Counted from the whole stretch's first letter, positions 48,042 through 62,318 are shown. The stretch: 63,432 nucleotides of DNA, filler included, from Octopus bimaculoides (GCF_001194135.2; 9 parts of 9 records of this genome joined end to end with filler, not necessarily neighbours in it); one strand, 5' to 3'. Notes: a model not told the origin generated them from the letters alone. A program made the numbers and translations.

Positions 48042-50620
48042 CTGTTAATGCGGGGATCGTTTATAAAATGCCCCAATGGCCTGCGCAAAACATAGTCTCT
48101 AACAGTGAAGCCCAGCTTCTGTAATGCGCGGGACAAAGCTGTTTGGAGTTAGCAGGTAAAGGGAATGAAAAGGCGTGGGTCTGACGGTGTCAATAGCCAG
48201 TCCTCCGTGTAGGTTGATCTCGTTTGCTCTGGATGGCAATCAACCTAGAAGGACCACCCTAACATCAAAAGTAGGGGAGCAAGGTTTCTTCCGACTTGGT
48301 CAGCATCCTTCCTAGAGATGGTGTCTCCATAAATATATTGGTTGGTGTTAACCTAAAAACGCACCTCATTAATGAGTGAAAATGTCAAACAAAACATCTA
48401 ACGATAACGGCCAGAACGAGACTGGGATCAATGGTGAAGACCCTGCACCCGACAGGTGTCCCATTGTGCAATGGGTTGGGCCTGGTCATAAACCAGCAAC
48501 TGCTAGCCATGCTGCGAGACCAAAGTTGAGTAAACAAGTAAACGTGATGATTATGGAGCATGCCAGTAGAAGCAAATGGCGTGTAGTCAGAGGATACAGA
48601 CAACGAATGCAGAGAATGGAAGGGGATGCAACTGTTTGGAATTACTGAACTGATATTATGTGATCAGGCAAGAGCAATATGAGAGAATGAGTGATTATCA
48701 GAATTGGAGTTAGTGGATATCAAAAGAAGGGTATGAGTTAAGGCTGAGTATATGAGAAACGAAAGTAACATGATGGAAGAAATGGACAATTGCTCACAAG
48801 ACTATACTGGTGTGAGTAGTGAAATCACTGAGATCAGAGAACATTTAAGCGATGAAAATCAGACGATAATAAACAGTATTTTGGATCAATTAAATGCTGA
48901 AGAGAAAGAATTTATGTGTGGCTTCAAGAAGGCTGGCCAATGGAGACTAAATCAAGAAGGAAGTAAAGTCAATAATGTATTGAAACCCATTGAAATACAG
49001 AACATCTCACAAATAAACTCATCAAGGATTCTAGTAAGGCTGTTGCAGAAAGGATGGAATTGAAGATCAATGTGAATAGAACATTAACGGACAGAAAAGA
49101 CAATAAATAACCTTCGTAGAAAAGGAGAATATCAGAAGATATAAGCTCTCTAATCAGAATAGTATCAGTACTTGACATGAAAAGAAAAGGAGAATTGAAG
49201 AATGATCGTAAAGTTGAACACTTTAAAAAGTATAGTGTTGATACAAAAGGACTGAATGCTGTGACTGAAGAGCTGAGGCAGCGCATACTTACCAAAAAAG
49301 CAAAGCTAACAAGGTTTAAGCATCGGATTAAACTATACCAGCAAACCCAATGGTATAGAATCGACCACAGAAGATTTTATCAAGACATTAATGCGCAAAA
49401 TTAGTTCTTGAATCAGATGGAAGTCGATACTTTTGGGGTGAGATATGGAATAAGGCAGAACAACACAATACTGGAGCTGAATGGCTCTACAGTCTGAAGT
49501 AACAGCTAATTATACCCAGCTAGAAGCTATCCTCTTTACTGTGGACAGTATCAGAAATATGAGCAAAAAGATGAGCAATTGGAAAGCAGCAGGCTTGATG
49601 ATGTTCAAAGATTTTGGACAAGTTCAGTAGATGCCATAAATTGATTCCAGAGCAATTTAATGCAATGAGTGACGGAGCAGAAGAGATCCCAGGGTGATTG
49701 ACCAAAGGACCAAAGGAGTTACCAACCGACAACTACAGACCAATTCCATGCCTTCTATGATTGTGGAAGCTACTGTCAGGAGAGATTCCAGAAGAAATGT
49801 ACAAATTTCTTGATAAAAATGACATTTTACCATTGAAACAAAAAGTTTGTAGGAGGAAACGCAGAGATACTAAGGACGAAGTGGTAATGCAAGATTGTAA
49901 GGAAAGAAACACAAATTTTGGAATGACCTGAATTGATTACCGCCAAACTTACGATATGATTCCACATCCACGGATCATTGACTGCTTGGAACTGCAGAAA
50001 ATGTAAGATATTTTCTGAAGAGGGGTATGATGGGTTGTAAAACTGACTCGACATCGTACAGACAAATATTGAATATTCTGAGCATCAAGAGAGGGATCTT
50101 CCAAGGAGATGGATTATCTCCCTTTCTTTTTGTACTTTGCATCATTCCTCTGACTTTGGTGCCGAGGAAAGCGAACCTGGGATATAAATTTAAGGGAAAA
50201 ACACGTAAAATCAACCATCTCCTTTTCATGAATGATATGAAGCGGTATGGCAAGGATGGGGTATAAGTAGGTTTCCTGGAGAACACGATCCACTGCTTTG
50301 GTGCTGATGTTAAGATGGAATTCGGACACAAGACGTGTAGTATAACGAGCTTGAAAAGAAGCAAGGTAGAATCCCTGTCAAGGATACAATTACCAAATGG
50401 GGAAGTGTTATAAACAAATGAAAAGAAGGGTGCAAATACCTTGGTATACTAGAGTTCAATGAAATCATGGAGACGGAAATGAAAGAACAACTGCGAAAAT
50501 AATATTTCCGAGGACTAAGAGTAGTGTTGAACTCAAAACTGTCTGGATGGAATAGAATTCATGTAGCAGATACATGGGCAATAGCATCATTTCAATACGG
50601 AACTGGAACCACAAACTGAC
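48042..50620 (+). mobile_element. Degenerate R4-clade LINE: 5' UTR, N-terminal domain and RT, 3'-truncated
   Basis: RPKLSKQVNVMIME..RGYRQRM..CDQARAI*ENE*LSELEL; LRQRILTKKAKLTRF..QQTQWYRIDHRRFYQDI; WKAAGLDDV; NYRP; EQKVCRRK.RDTKD; IDYRQTYDMIPHPRI; RGIFQGDGLSPFLFVLCIIPL; INHLLFMNDMKRYGK; RLRVVLNSKLSGWNRIHVADTWAIASFQYG. Confidence 0.88.
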
Positions 50621-51349
50621 AAAAGCAGCGTATATGTAGGTGGGAGGTTGGTCCCGAGGTGACACAGACTGACTGCTTGTCAGATGAATCAGCATGAACT
50701 TCTGGCTTCTGATGACACCTGAAGACAAGACGAAAGAAAATTTCCTGACCTCTACCGCATTGCCGGTGTATGGAGCAAAGCAACACATGCTATTGCAGGG
50801 CAGGCAATATGAGTCACCTGAGCATTTTCTATCGACAACTCGTTATTTAGGATTAGAAGAATTTTGAAATTTTTGTATGAAAGATTTATCTCCTCTTCAA
50901 ATGTAAAATATTGAATATATAAAATTAAAATATGAAATAAAAACTTAGTGAGGTAACGAAATAATCTTATACTTTGTACAAAGAAGCTCAGTTGGTTCTT
51001 GTTTTTGTTGTTGCTGCTGCTGTTACTGCTTCTGTTTCTGCTGCTGCTACTATTATTACATCTACTGCTGCTCCTGCCACTACTACTACTATTACTACTA
51101 TTACTATTACTACTGGCCTTGTTCTGAGAAGACGATGAATACCAAGTAATGATACTCTTTCTAATTTTGATGTCTTTCTTAATGTGGTTTACAACGACCA
51201 GCAGATCGGATCTCTCTCTATCTCTACCTCTCTCTTCTCCCTCCCTATCACTCTCTTTGTATATATGTATGTATGTTTGCATGCATGTATGTATGCCTGT
51301 CGATTTCCATAAGATGTGTGTATATAGATCTGTACATCTCTATACACAC

Positions 51350-51409
<60 letters not shown>

Positions 51410-51600
51410 NNNNNNNNNNNNNNNNNNNNNNNNNNNNNNNNNNNNNNNNNNNNNNNNNNNNNNNNNNNNNNNNNNNNNNNNNNNNNNNNNNNNNNNNNNN
51501 NNNNNNNNNNNNNNNNNNNNNNNNNNNNNNNNNNNNNNNNNNNNNNNNNNNNNNNNNNNNNNNNNNAGATAGATAGATAGATAGATAGATAGGCAGATAA

Positions 51601-51683
<83 letters not shown>

Positions 51684-52601
51684 TGCACAAGCGTGGCTAT
51701 GTAGTAAGAAGCTTTTCTTCCCAATCCTATGAGTTCAGAAGGTAAAGACTCGGAAGAGATGTTGTTAAACAATTAGTCCGGTGGTGCTAAGGATTCTGCA
51801 GCTCGCCACTTTATTCATTTTTTAAAAATCCTTTCAGTATTTCAAGGCACTTTTATAAGCTTATCTTAAAAGTTCATTTTGTTTACTAGTCTTTTATTAA
51901 GCCTGTGTTTTATATATTCTGAATAATATAAAGATTTCTTTCACAAGACCCCAGTTACTGTGGCGGTCGAGAGAAATTGGGAATGCATATCATATATGAT
52001 GTATGGACACCTGCGAAATGTTTCCTGTGTCTCGCGTGATTCAGAGAATTAGTGAGGCATTAAATATTAAAAAAATAAGCTTATGTAATAATGTACAATT
52101 AAATATTCCAAAAAGAACAACGTCTACAAGAAAACCTATGAATTTTACCCATGAGAAACCTCGGGAGTCTGAGGTTATTTAAGTCGGTATCCTTAATAAA
52201 TTCATAATTATGGTTTGTGTGAGAGTGTTTTGCACCTGAACCTCTACGCTATATTACTATTTCAAAAAAAGCGCCAGAGAACTCTATTGATTCTTCTAGT
52301 CGTGTGTGAATTCTCTTCCGTCATATTCCTGGCAATAAAATTAAATGTTGCTTTTATATTCAGACAGTGTTATGACGGTTTGGGCTTTTTAATGGCCCTC
52401 TTTGCACTGTCATTTTACTCTATTTTTAACACGACTGCCATAAATCATTTAGTATTGGTATTTGGATTGCTTTAAACTAAGAAAGGATTAACTTTATGTA
52501 TGTGTGTATGAATATTTGCGTATACATGTATGTATGCGTATGTATTGCATACACATTTATGTATCTATGTATATATTAGAATATGCATGTATATACATAC
52601 G

Positions 52602-52666
<65 letters not shown>

Positions 52667-52705
52667 TTATTTATATACATATATGTGCATATATCCATAT
52701 ATACA

Positions 52706-52748
<43 letters not shown>

Positions 52749-53736
52749 TATAAGTAAGCATATGTTCGAATACGCTTGCATGTGTATAATAAATCCTCAT
52801 GAAACAATTTAAACTATTTTTTATGTCTCCAATGTTGGTAAATGCCATTTGTCTTCCATAATAAAAATATGAAAATATTGGCAATGAATTCAATTCACTA
52901 GATCTATGTACTGACATTTTGTTTTCCGTTCTTTCGGTAATATGCTCATTAAATGTTTACTCTTATTTCTACCTTAACGCACAAAGGAAAATTCGTCACC
53001 ATTTTTGCAATACATAAAAATATTTCTATAGAAAAATAACTAAGACACACTTATAATTGTTCTTATTGTTTATGAAACCAATGGTACAGTATTATATAAG
53101 CACTCCAGCTTATTGCATCTTGAAAAGTTTTGTATGACCACTTTCTTATGCGCAGGTTTCAATTTCAGTTCGCTTTATGAGTGATTCATTCCTCTTCCAC
53201 CGTTAATAAAATAGACATATACTCCAGGTTAATCTTGATCACGTTTATCTATCGTATGAGGTTTTTCTGTATTTTAAGAGACCAGTCTTTATCACAAAAA
53301 GAAAACAAATCAGAAATATCCAAGTGCTTTGTTTTCTATCCCAATTTTTTTCATTTGGTGGGACGGTACGGCGTAATTTAAGGAACATTTGGCTTCAATT
53401 TCAAACAGTGTGAGTAGACGTTCCATTCTTATCTTGTCGTTATAAGGTTTTCGATGGTTATTGTCATTTACTGGCTTTCAACAAACATTCTATAGTTTGT
53501 TTTTCCTTAATAATTCTTATGTAAGAGTTTGAATAGAAAATTACATCCGTATCTAACACAATGGTTTACGTATTTCTGCTGTAGCAGTGTAATAGTATAT
53601 TTTAGTATTTTGCAGTCATGTAAATATATAGAGCTATACGTACAGTTTTAAAAGAATGCTGCATTTTTCAGTATGTATATGTACATACATGAGTATATAT
53701 GTGTATTTGTGTATGTATGTGTGTGTGTGTATGCAG

Positions 53737-53784
<48 letters not shown>

Positions 53785-54096
53785 NNNNNNNNNNNNNNNN
53801 NNNNNNNNNNNNNNNNNNNNNNNNNNNNTTAATTAATTAANNNNNNNNNNNNNNNNNNNNNNNNNNNNNNNNNNNNNNNNNNNNATATATATAAATATAT
53901 ATATATGTATACATATTCATATATATAACATATATACGTGTATATATATTCATAAACATACATATTTACGTGTGCGTGTGTGTGTGTGTTTGTGTGTGTA
54001 TGTATGTATGTGTGTGTGTGTGTCTATTTGTGTGGCTTTAATTATATTCAACACTCTTGCACAGCTGAGCTGAATATGTCCCCTAATAGTCCATCA

Positions 54097-54142
<46 letters not shown>

Positions 54143-54719
54143 CACACACACACATGTATATATACATATACGCACATTCACATTAGTAAACAATAGCAAA
54201 CAAAGGACGTGAAATGCGTCTACGTGTTTTTACGAATGTATACATGTTCACTCATACACACGCACACTCACACACACACGTACACACACAAACACACACT
54301 CTCATACACGCACAGACCCGCACTGACACACCCATATGCATTCACATTGGTTAACAATTGAAAAAAAAGACTTATTATTATTATATAATAATAATAATCC
54401 ATTTCTGTGCAATTTACGTCCGATGACAAAAAGACGATGGCGAATCACAGCTGGATTGGCTTTTAACTATAAATAGTCTGGCCTCATCAATCAATGCCTC
54501 TCAATCTAAACAGCAACAGAAAACAAACAAACAAACAAGCAAACCAACATCAACAACAACGTTATTGTATCGGTGAACTAACGAAAGTAACAAACCAAAA
54601 AGACCTTCTTCAACTCGAATCACGCCCGCCAACCCAACCCCTCCACCAAAATTTACAATATGGAAGGGAAAAGGCAAAAATTATATTCTTATTCTTATTA
54701 TATATCTGTTTTACTTACT

Positions 54720-55135
54720 ACAGTCATCGGTCCAGACTGCAGTCATGCTTGTTGGCACTCCGTCGCTTACGACGTCTAGGGTTCCAGTTCATCCGATCAA
54801 CGGAACAGCCTGCTCGTGAAATTAACGCGCAAGTGGCTGAGCACTCCACAGACACGTGTACCCTTAACGTAGTTCTCGGGGGATATTCAGCGTGACACAG
54901 AGTGTGACAAGGCTGACCCTTTGAATTACAGGCACAACGGAAACAGGAAGAAAGAGTGAGAGAAAGTTGTGGTGGAAGAGTACAGCAGGGTTCGCCACCA
55001 TCCCCTGCTGGAGCCTTGTGGAGCTTCAGGTGTTTTCGCTCAATAAGCACCCACAACGCCCGGTCTGGGAATCGAAACCGCGATCCTATGATTGCGAGTC
55101 CGCTGCCCTAACTACTGGGCCATTGCTCCTCCACG
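54720..55135 (-). mobile_element. Full-length SINE family C
   Basis: tRNA-like head gtggaggagcaatggcccagtagttagggcagcggactcgc..ggtttcgattccc; body shared with 24131-24357. Confidence 0.85.
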
Positions 55136-55354
55136 CAGTCATGCTAAGGCGGGGTTATCAAGAGCACTCAGAGAGAGAGCAAACCTCTGCCAAGGCAATA
55201 ATAATGTCCTCTCAGCGATTATTTTTTAAACTGAGAATATCTGAAATAAACTCGACTGCTCTCACAAACGAGAATACTAAAAATGAACCCAACCACTCAC
55301 AAAAAATTTAGTAAAAAAAAAAAAACCAGGAAAAACAATCCAGAATCTTTGTCC

Positions 55355-55497
55355 TTGTAACTGGTACTTTATTGCATCGACTCCGAAATGATGAAAGGCC
55401 AAGTCGACCTCAGTAGAACTTGAACTCAGAACGTAAAGAATCGGAAGAAATGCAGCTAAGCATTTTGTTCGACGCGCTAACGGTTCTACCAGCTCTG
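55355..55497 (-). mobile_element. SINE family A (5' part)
   Basis: ggtactttattgcatcgactccgaaatgatgaaaggccaagtcgacctc..gaactcagaacgtaaag..ctaagcattt. Confidence 0.8.
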
Positions 55498-55844
55498 TGG
55501 TCAGACCTGCTGTTCACTTTTCACACTCTTTGAAGAGAATGCAGGCATAGCCAAATAGGTAAAGACGTTCGATTCGTAATTATGTGGTCTGGGGCTCGAA
55601 TACACTACGTTACATCTTGAGCAAGTATTTTTGTTTCTATTCTTTGCTTCTTCACGCTCAGCCATGTGTTGTGTTTTTATTTTTGTGGGGCGGGTCTCTG
55701 GACGTAGTTATCCTCAACTCGGAGACCTGACTCGAATTCTTACAGTGAAGTGGACTCCGCTCCGCCAAAACCACAAAAGGACCTGGTGGTGACGGCATTA
55801 AGCCAAGCAACGGATCAAGTCTAACATCCAAAAACTCAAAACAT

Positions 55845-55881
<37 letters not shown>

Positions 55882-55933
55882 CAGATAAATAGATAGAAAG
55901 ATAGATAGACAGATAGATAGATAGATAGATATT

Positions 55934-56278
55934 CTTTTACTCTTTTACTTGTTTCAGCTATTTGACTGCGGCCATGCTGGAGCACCATCTTAAAGGAGTT
56001 TAGTCCAACAAATCGACCCCAGGACTTACTCTTTCTAAGCCTAGTACTTATTCTATCGGTCTCTTTTGCCGAACCGCTAACTTAAACACTAACATCGGTT
56101 ATCAAGCGGTGGTGGGGGACAAATATATATATATATACGACGGGCTTCTTTCAGTTTCCGTCTACCAAATCCACTCACAAGGCTTTGGTCATCCCAAGGC
56201 TACAGTAGAAGACACTTCTACTGATCCCGGAACCATGTGATTGGGAAGCAACCTTCTTAGCACACAACCACGCCTGCG

Positions 56279-56280
<2 letters not shown>
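55934..56280 (-). mobile_element. Complete SINE family B with a short internal (TA)n
   Basis: Head, a short (TA)n core at about 56123-56137 and tail are contiguous without a gap, which defines the family architecture. Confidence 0.88.
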
Positions 56281-56314
<34 letters not shown>

Positions 56315-56404
56315 GTATGTATGTATGTATGTATGTATGTATACCTTCACATACACACACAGAGACACGTATATATACATATATATATATACACATATGT
56401 ATTG

Positions 56405-56610
56405 GTTTCATATTTTGGCAGCAGACCGGCAAATTTGAGAGGAGATCGTTAGGTGATTACAGCGACCCCAGAACTCAACTGCTATTTATTTTATCGTTAT
56501 TTATCGTCCCGCAAAAGATGAAAAGCAGAGTCGACCTCGCGCGCAATTTGAACTCACAAGAAATGCTGCGAAACATTTTTATCCCATGTGGTAACGACTC
56601 ATCCATCTCG
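56405..56610 (-). mobile_element. Degenerate SINE family A
   Basis: gattacagcgaccccag..tttatcgtcccgcaaaagatgaaaagcagagtcgacctc..tttgaactcac. Confidence 0.7.
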
Positions 56611-56909
56611 CTACCTTATAAAATACTATATTAAAGCTGTGTGTAACCCTGAGTAAGAGTTTATTCGGGTTTTTCAGCTAAATTACCATTTTGCTCTGTC
56701 TTTGGTTATCGAGTACAATTTTTTCTACCTTGTTTCACACCTGTGTCCACATGTATGTGCTGTGTGCGTGTATGTGTGCATGTATACACGTACACACAGA
56801 CAGACACACACTCAGAAACAAACATATGTGCATGTATATACACACATATACATACACATACATATATATATATATATATACACACATACACATGCACACA
56901 GCTATATAA

Positions 56910-56956
<47 letters not shown>

Positions 56957-57128
56957 NNNNNNNNNNNNNNNNNNNNNNNNNNNNNNNNNNNNNNNNNNNN
57001 TTAATTAATTAANNNNNNNNNNNNNNNNNNNNNNNNNNNNNNNNNNNNNNNNNNNNTATATATATGTATATATATATATTCATCTACATATCTATCTATC
57101 CATCTTTCTACCTATCTATCGTTATATG

Positions 57129-57162
<34 letters not shown>

Positions 57163-57191
57163 ATATATATGCATATTTATGTGTATATATA

Positions 57192-57222
<31 letters not shown>

Positions 57223-57916
57223 GCGTGTGTGTGTGTGTGTGTGTGGGTGTATACATACATACACATGTAAATATGTATATATACAAACCCATATATACGT
57301 ATATAACCATTCATATGTACATGCATACAAACATATATACATACATATATGCACACAAATATACATATATGCACACAAATATACATATATACATATCTAT
57401 ATATATGCATATACACATGTATATATATACATGTAGTTATATATATATATATATAAGAATTGGTTAAAGAATTCTAGTGACAGAACCATTTCCACCTCAG
57501 TTGTTATTGTGTTATCACTGACCAGTGATCTTGCACATTTGTTTACTTCTGGGTTCACTGCATCTGTCTTTTCCATACAACCCCTACTCCGACACACACT
57601 CGTACACCCCCTACTCCGACACACACTCAAACACTTAGAGTTAAACACTGACACACACTCTGAAACACATACATGTCTACGCTTTCTTGTTTCTTGTCAC
57701 CATTTGGAACTACTTTTGGAATACACGTGATCATGTCGATTTCGTTAACCTTTTCAACATCGGAGCAGTTTTCGTTGATATTCATTTCTACAATTAGAGC
57801 AGTGAACTTCCTCATTTTTTTATAATTTCGTTGTTATATACATATACATATTTACATGCATATATAGATAACGATATATGAAATATGTGTGCATGTGTGC
57901 GTAAGTGCGTAAGTGC

Positions 57917-57952
<36 letters not shown>

Positions 57953-58634
57953 ATGCCTCTGTGTGTGTATTTGTGTAAGTGTGTGTGTGTGTGTGTTTGT
58001 GTGTGTGTGATTCACCTTTTGCTAATTCGCAGTTTCAAGTTTTCAATCTTCAGACAAAATAGGAAGTGGGCAACATGGAGTCCGTTATAGTCAATTCATC
58101 GGAAAGCTGGGACAATAAAATATCTTTTGGGTGGGATCCGGACTAATGTTGCGAAATGATAAAGAAATTATAAACAAGTAATAGTAAAGGACTTCTATCA
58201 GATAACAGATAAAATTGCAAAAATATTTATTACGATAAAACATAAAATAATGTGAAAATGTAAATGTGAAAATATATTTATGTAATACAAAATATGAAAA
58301 AAATAATAAATCGTTGAGAAGAGCCAGCCACGGATTCGGAAAGGCGATTTCTTTTTATATTTTATATTCGTTATCTGTTATATTTTATAACTATATATCT
58401 CCATTATGTTATCTTTTATCGTTCTAACTATTTTCTATTCTTTTATTTTTTGTTTCATTTCGTAATGTTTTAGCAATTTCTTCACGTTTTCCTTTTCCTT
58501 TACCCTTCTACACACAGTTTCATTATCGCCACATTTCTTGTACCTGTCCTCATGTTTTGTACGAGGATCGGATGCGGGAAACTTTGAGTTAGTCACTGTG
58601 GTTAGTTGGTTTCCAGATTTATCCGTCTGTCTGC

Positions 58635-58703
<69 letters not shown>

Positions 58704-58743
58704 CGTCTATCCATATGTGTATGTACATACACGCACACACACG

Positions 58744-58775
<32 letters not shown>

Positions 58776-59016
58776 CGTATATATACACACGCATGCATAC
58801 ATCGGCGTGTATAAGTGAGTGTGTTTGAGTGAATGCTGTAAAGTGACCCAGAGATAGAGGTGCCAAAGATACAGTAAGAGTGATTGTATGTGAGTGTGTG
58901 CCGGTATTTTTACTAGCGTACGTGCGTACGGTAACATTTAATAGCATCGAAGAAGAAAAATAAGGAACGTTATCATTACTACCCTCAGTGTTTGTGTGTG
59001 TGTCTGCAGGAGTGCG

Positions 59017-59065
<49 letters not shown>

Positions 59066-59326
59066 GAGAGAGAGGGGGGAGAAGCTGAGAGGTGAGATTT
59101 AAAGAAATAGGATCAAACGCGTGGAAAGACAAGAGCAAACGAGAGTTCGAGGGAGATAAAAATAGAGAGAGAGAAAAGAGGGAGAGAGAGCAAAACGAGA
59201 GAGAGAAGACAATGTAGAGAGAGTGACAATTAGAAAAAAAGACAATTACAAGAGCGCAGTGAGAATTTGATCTACTTGATGATACATAAACATATTTACA
59301 GAATATGAGAGACAGAGACGAAAAAC

Positions 59327-59380
<54 letters not shown>

Positions 59381-59768
59381 GGAGAAAGAGAGACAGAAAG
59401 AATCAGAGTGAAAAGAAATGGAGCCAGTGATGGGAAGAGACAGAGAAAGAAAGAGAGAGAGAAGGAGAGGCGCCGTGTAAGAGAAGTGAGAGTAACTTAA
59501 ATAGACGCAAATAGAGAGAGAGAAATTGAAAACTAAGAGCGATAACATGTATGTGTCTGTTGTTAAGTTTACATATGTGTATTCTTGTGCCTATGTGTAT
59601 GCGCTTTGCATGCATGTGTACGCGTATTTCTAGTATGTGTATGTGTTTTCGTAGTTTCTTTTTTGTTTTCTTTTCTGCTTTCTCAGTGGGTTTATGTGTA
59701 TAGGTATGTACCTGTCTACCTTTGAACATTTGCATCTTATGTCCCTATCCGTATATATACATATGTAC

Positions 59769-59800
<32 letters not shown>

Positions 59801-59988
59801 NNNNNNNNNNNNNNNNNNNNNNNNNNNNNNNNNNNNNNNNNNNNTTAATTAATTAANNNNNNNNNNNNNNNNNNNNNNNNNNNNNNNNNNNNNNNNNNNN
59901 TGAAACGAGTAAAAGAGTAATGTATCTTTAAGCTGTATCTGTCAATAATGTTTTATCTCTTTCTCTAATTATATGCATATATATATAT

Positions 59989-60038
<50 letters not shown>

Positions 60039-60523
60039 TGAGTAATTCATCAAGTTATTCATTCTACTGGTTCCAAAAATTTATAAGTACCAGATGCTGT
60101 TAACAATACAGAGTGTTCCTCCATCTCTTTCTTTTAACCTGTTGGTCTTTATCTTCACTTCTGTTTATAGTTATCACGCACAACAGATGCCTATTTGGTG
60201 ATTGGGAGTTTGTTGACTACGCACATTATTCTAATTAACAACAACACCTTTCTCTGTACATCTAGCAGTTACGCCATTTTCAAACATCTCAACTTCAGTT
60301 CAGTATTCGACAGAAAGACGCCGAAATTGAAACGTCTAGAAGAAGGCGCAGCAGCAGCAGTAGTAGCTGCAATACAAAGATTATAAAATGTAGAGGTGAC
60401 AAAAAAACAGTGTTTGGAACTATTATCGTATTCACGTATGGATGTGCATTTATGTAGACAAATGTGCTTATACAAACCTACAAACCACTGGATGTGTGCG
60501 TTTTAATTTTCCAATTGCATACG

Positions 60524-60573
<50 letters not shown>

Positions 60574-60853
60574 NNNNNNNNNNNNNNNNNNNNNNNNNNN
60601 NNNNNNNNNNNNNNNNNNNNNNNNNNNNNNNNNNNNNNNNNNNNNNNNNNNNNNNNNNNNNNNNNNNNNNNNNNNNNNNNNNNNNNNNNNNNNNNNNNNN
60701 NNNNNNNNNNNNNNNNNNNNNNNNNNNNNNNNNNNNNNNNNNNNNNNNNNNNNNNNNNNNNNNNNNNNNNNNNNNNNNNNNNNNNNNNNNNNNNNNNNNN
60801 NNNNNNNNNNNNNNNNNNNNNNNNNNNNNNNNNNNNNNNNNNNNNNNNNNNNN

Positions 60854-60947
<94 letters not shown>

Positions 60948-61069
60948 TATATATACATGAATGTTTTATGTCCATGCACATACATCCGAACATGCGTGCA
61001 AGCATACATACAAATATAAATACATACATGCATACAAGTTTACACACACAATTACCCCCACCCCCAACA

Positions 61070-61205
61070 CAGTCATTCGTGTTCCTTTCTGTTGAAGAGC
61101 GTAGGCTCGAAACATAAAAGATTTTCTCACCTTCCCGAGCGTTAAACTAATACAACTGTTTGTTGTTTATACACCTGTCTTAGTCTTTTTGTTTTTTTGT
61201 AAATT
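61070..61205 (+). mobile_element. Penelope-like pseudo-LTR remnant with a minimal hammerhead motif (61086-61120)
   Basis: cttt-CTGTTGA-agagc[gtag]gctc-GAAAC-ata-aaag; following cccgagcgttaaactaatac resembles the reverse strand at about 19210-19258. Confidence 0.5.
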
Positions 61206-61833
61206 CCAAATATATATAGTTATGGTATATTCTGGTGAGAACATAGTAGAGTACAGTATAAAGCAGGTCCACCTCCAGATTGCACCCTGTGCTATCTAGT
61301 AAATATACGTACTTCCAGGCTTGCGTTTAGGATTCTATTGTGTGTGAATAAATAATTGAAAAAATTTGGAGTCCACAAGGAGTACGGTTGGACACTTATT
61401 TTCAATCACTACAATTGTTTCCACGCAACGTAGTTCTCCAGGCGTGCAGGTACTTGATTATGCAACCGTTTCCTTGTATTATGAGATTTAGGTGTGTTTC
61501 CTCAGGCGATATGTAAATATTATCTCAGCTTCAAGAGCATCCTCTCTGTTTGTCGTGGCCTGAATTTAGTAGTAGCCACTGAGCTTACCAAGGTGTGCTG
61601 TTGCTGAAGGACCGTTGGTAAACTGCTTTGAAGGTGATTCTGCTACTGTTCAAGTGGTTGCCGTTTTAAAAGGATTGGCATTTAATTTCTTTGTACTGCT
61701 GATTTGTTCCTCATGGCTGGTTACATATGCGATTGTCCTCAGCTGACTTTTAAGAATCGACCCATACGTACACATACATGGTCGTCCACATACATGGTCA
61801 TCCACATGTACATCCATATACATACTAACGCTC

Positions 61834-61881
<48 letters not shown>

Positions 61882-62277
61882 ATATATATATATATATATA
61901 TANNNNNNNNNNNNNNNNNNNNNNNNNNNNNNNNNNNNNNNNNNNNNNNNNNNNNNNNNNNNNNNNNNNNNNNNNNNNNNNNNNNNNNNNNNNNNNNNNN
62001 NNNNNNNNNNNNNNNNNNNNNNNNNNNNNNNNNNNNNNNNNNNNNNNNNNNNNNNNNNNNNNNNNNNNNNNNNNNNNNNNNNNNNNNNNNNNNNNNNNNN
62101 NNNNNNNNNNNNNNNNNNNNNNNNNNNNNNNNNNNNNNNNNNNNNNNNNNNNNNNNNNNNNNNNNNNNNNNNNNNNNNNNNNNNNNNNNNNNNNNNNNNN
62201 NNNNNNNNNNNNNNNNNNNNNNNNNNNNNNNNNNNNNNNNNNNNNNNNNNNNNNNNNNNNNNNNNNNNNNNNNNNNN

Positions 62278-62318
<41 letters not shown>

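Noticed and set aside
58020-58150. caacATGG Kozak-like start (MESVIVNSSESWDNKISFGWDPD*)
   Set aside because: A 23-codon ORF with no good donor site and no homology; expected by chance.
60170-60480. ORFs with poly-Ala/Ser (..EEGAAAAVVAAIQRL; ..ETSRRRRSSSSSC)
   Set aside because: Built around a short (GCA)n repeat. The plausible splice sites do not give a frame open through to a donor.
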